NCBI RefSeq assembly: GCF_964213995.1
Contig: NC_135801.1
Location: forward strand, 116,374,001 to 116,438,000
Length of the DNA: 64,000 nucleotides
Direction: 5' to 3'
Source: Mustelus asterias
Taxonomy: Eukaryota
Shown here: positions 62,401 to 64,000 of the stretch, in pieces
Layout of the letters: every line of letters starts with the position of its first letter
How positions within the stretch are numbered: position 1 is the first letter of the stretch
Made by a program: the position numbers and the translations under genes
The notes under the pieces: model-generated
Database searches by the model: none
What the model was told of the DNA's origin: nothing
The model's input: the letters and a program-made list of their open reading frames with translations, nothing else

Positions 62401-63882
62401 GGATGGGAGGCTTGCCATGAGAAAATTGGAGTTGCTAAACCTGGAGGCTAAGAAGTGTACTGTCTTTTCCTCTAAAGCTCCCTATTTTTTCCTACACCTT
62501 TAAAAGTCTCTTTAACATCTCCCTCTTCGAATATTGTGCCTCTAACTCCTCCTTTAGTCCTGCTTTGATTATGACCTCTACCTGTGAAATATTTTGCAAA
62601 CTTTTGCTGCATTTAAATGCTATGTGAATGAAAATTGCACCATCCAACCTTCATGTACTGCATTTTCTCTCATTGCTGTCAGTTTGGTATAATTTCCATT
62701 ATCTACCCTTACAAACTAGCTGGTATATTTGTAAATAGCGTTGCTCTTCCATGCTATGCTCCTTCAAAGAGCATGTTTCCATGTGAAATCCTCTGCTGCT
62801 TCCTGGTGTCAGCAACAAAATGTATGTGCTCTCTTACTGCCTGTCATGCGTATGTTTCATATGGAAAGAAATGTGTCTTTTCTTACCCTTGGAGTGTGTA
62901 TTCCAATTAAATAATTCAGCAGCAAGCTTTTGTGAGTCTTAAAAAAAAATTATTTCTTCTCACACACTTACAGCAAATTAACACAATCCACTCTGCGTGC
63001 ACACACACACAAGTGAGGGTCTTGTAAAGTGAAGGGTTTGCAGTCGGTTATGAAGTTTCAGGGCCTGATTCAGATTGCTTGACGACTGATGGTTCTTAAA
63101 GGCAAAGCTGGCACTGCCTTTTCTAAATTTGCATCTCTTTGATCACATGACCAATGCTGGCATTGTCGAAGCAGATTAGTTAGGAAATTCAAAGCCATAG
63201 CTACGCTAGAGATGGATGGTGGTCTTTCACAGTTAAATTGTGAGTAACTGGTTTCGTTGACTTTATTTTGTTAAATTCCAAAGCTGGAGACATAAAATCT
63301 AGGAGTCTGTTGACTTGGTGTTTTGACTAAGCTTCAAATAAAGGCAGACATGAATTCTATAGAGGGGTGTTCTCTGGATATGTTCACACTCGGGAGGTTT
63401 CTTTCCCCCCCCGAGCTTGATAGTCTGTGTTGAATAAACAAAGGTCATTTGACTCCATTATAACAGTTCATCAGGGTCAATTCTAAATACATAAAGGACA
63501 GTTCCTGAAGATTCCACAGAGGCACAGCCCATGTTTCAGGTTGTGACTATGACATGCCTCTACTGGGAAAGACACTGGCTGGTTGCAGTACAAGGCCTTC
63601 ATCGGTCTTGTTTTAATCGACTGGCTGGAGTGGTACGTAGGTTGTCACCCTAGCCCATGTGTGTGATGTCAGGTACCTGTCCCCATCACTTGCCTCTTCT
63701 CATTCCCTTCTCAAAGTGATCCAAAAAAAATGCTGCTGGCAAGATCTATGGTTAATCACTGCAAATTGTCAGGTCATTTCTCCACTGATCTTCATACTTT
63801 TATTGTGACCAATTTGACTGGCTGCTGTGTTAAGATATGTGATTTTATTTATTTTTCTTTTTTTTATTCCTTTTACGTGAAG

Positions 63883-64000
63883 ATTTAAAACGCACCATTA
63901 GAAAGTTGGAGCATGACACAGCAGACCTAAAGTTCTTAAATAACCAGTATGTGCATAAAGTGCGATCTCTAGAGAAGGAGAGTAAAGCAAAGACTGAAAA
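63883..64000 (+). CDS. CEP135: CEP135 third coding exon, truncated by the window end
   Basis: Long polypyrimidine tract then gtgaag|ATTTAAAA; (D)LKRTIRKLEHDTADLKFLNNQYVHKVRSLEKESKAKTE; phase 1 matches the previous exon. Confidence 0.93.

Noticed and set aside
62950-63760. Possible LTR-like element (similar texture at 54963-55702 and 48180-48480)
   Set aside because: No verifiable termini, TSD or coding motif

Overview
AT-rich vertebrate genomic DNA, almost certainly from a shark or other elasmobranch: it has HE1-type V-SINEs, Deu-domain SINEs and abundant CR1, Rex1/Babar, L2, RTE and Penelope-like elements (PLEs). Two spliced + strand genes are present. The first is the 3' half of EXOC1 (Sec3): 11 coding exons from 2530 to 32424, including the 45-nt cassette exon, and a 3' UTR probably running to about 36.1 kb. 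The second is the 5' part of CEP135: a CpG-island promoter and non-coding exon 1 near 43.2 kb, then coding exons at 59370, 60772 and 63883, truncated by the window end. Exon borders were read by hand from GT-AG sites and reading phase. Repeat family names come from remembered motifs and their borders are approximate. The most interesting signals: (1) minimal hammerhead-ribozyme motifs of three sequence families in PLE termini, two copies with an intact core; (2) a 12-copy 42/43-bp CpG minisatellite at the CEP135 promoter whose unit carries an exact 17-nt antisense copy of the putative exon 1; (3) a head-to-head V-SINE pair sharing one apparent target-site duplication (TSD) in the EXOC1 3' UTR; (4) one V-SINE body with two different LINE-like tails; (5) a local inverted duplication that can be dated by a later CR1 insertion. 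No prokaryotic-type system (CRISPR, operon) is supported.
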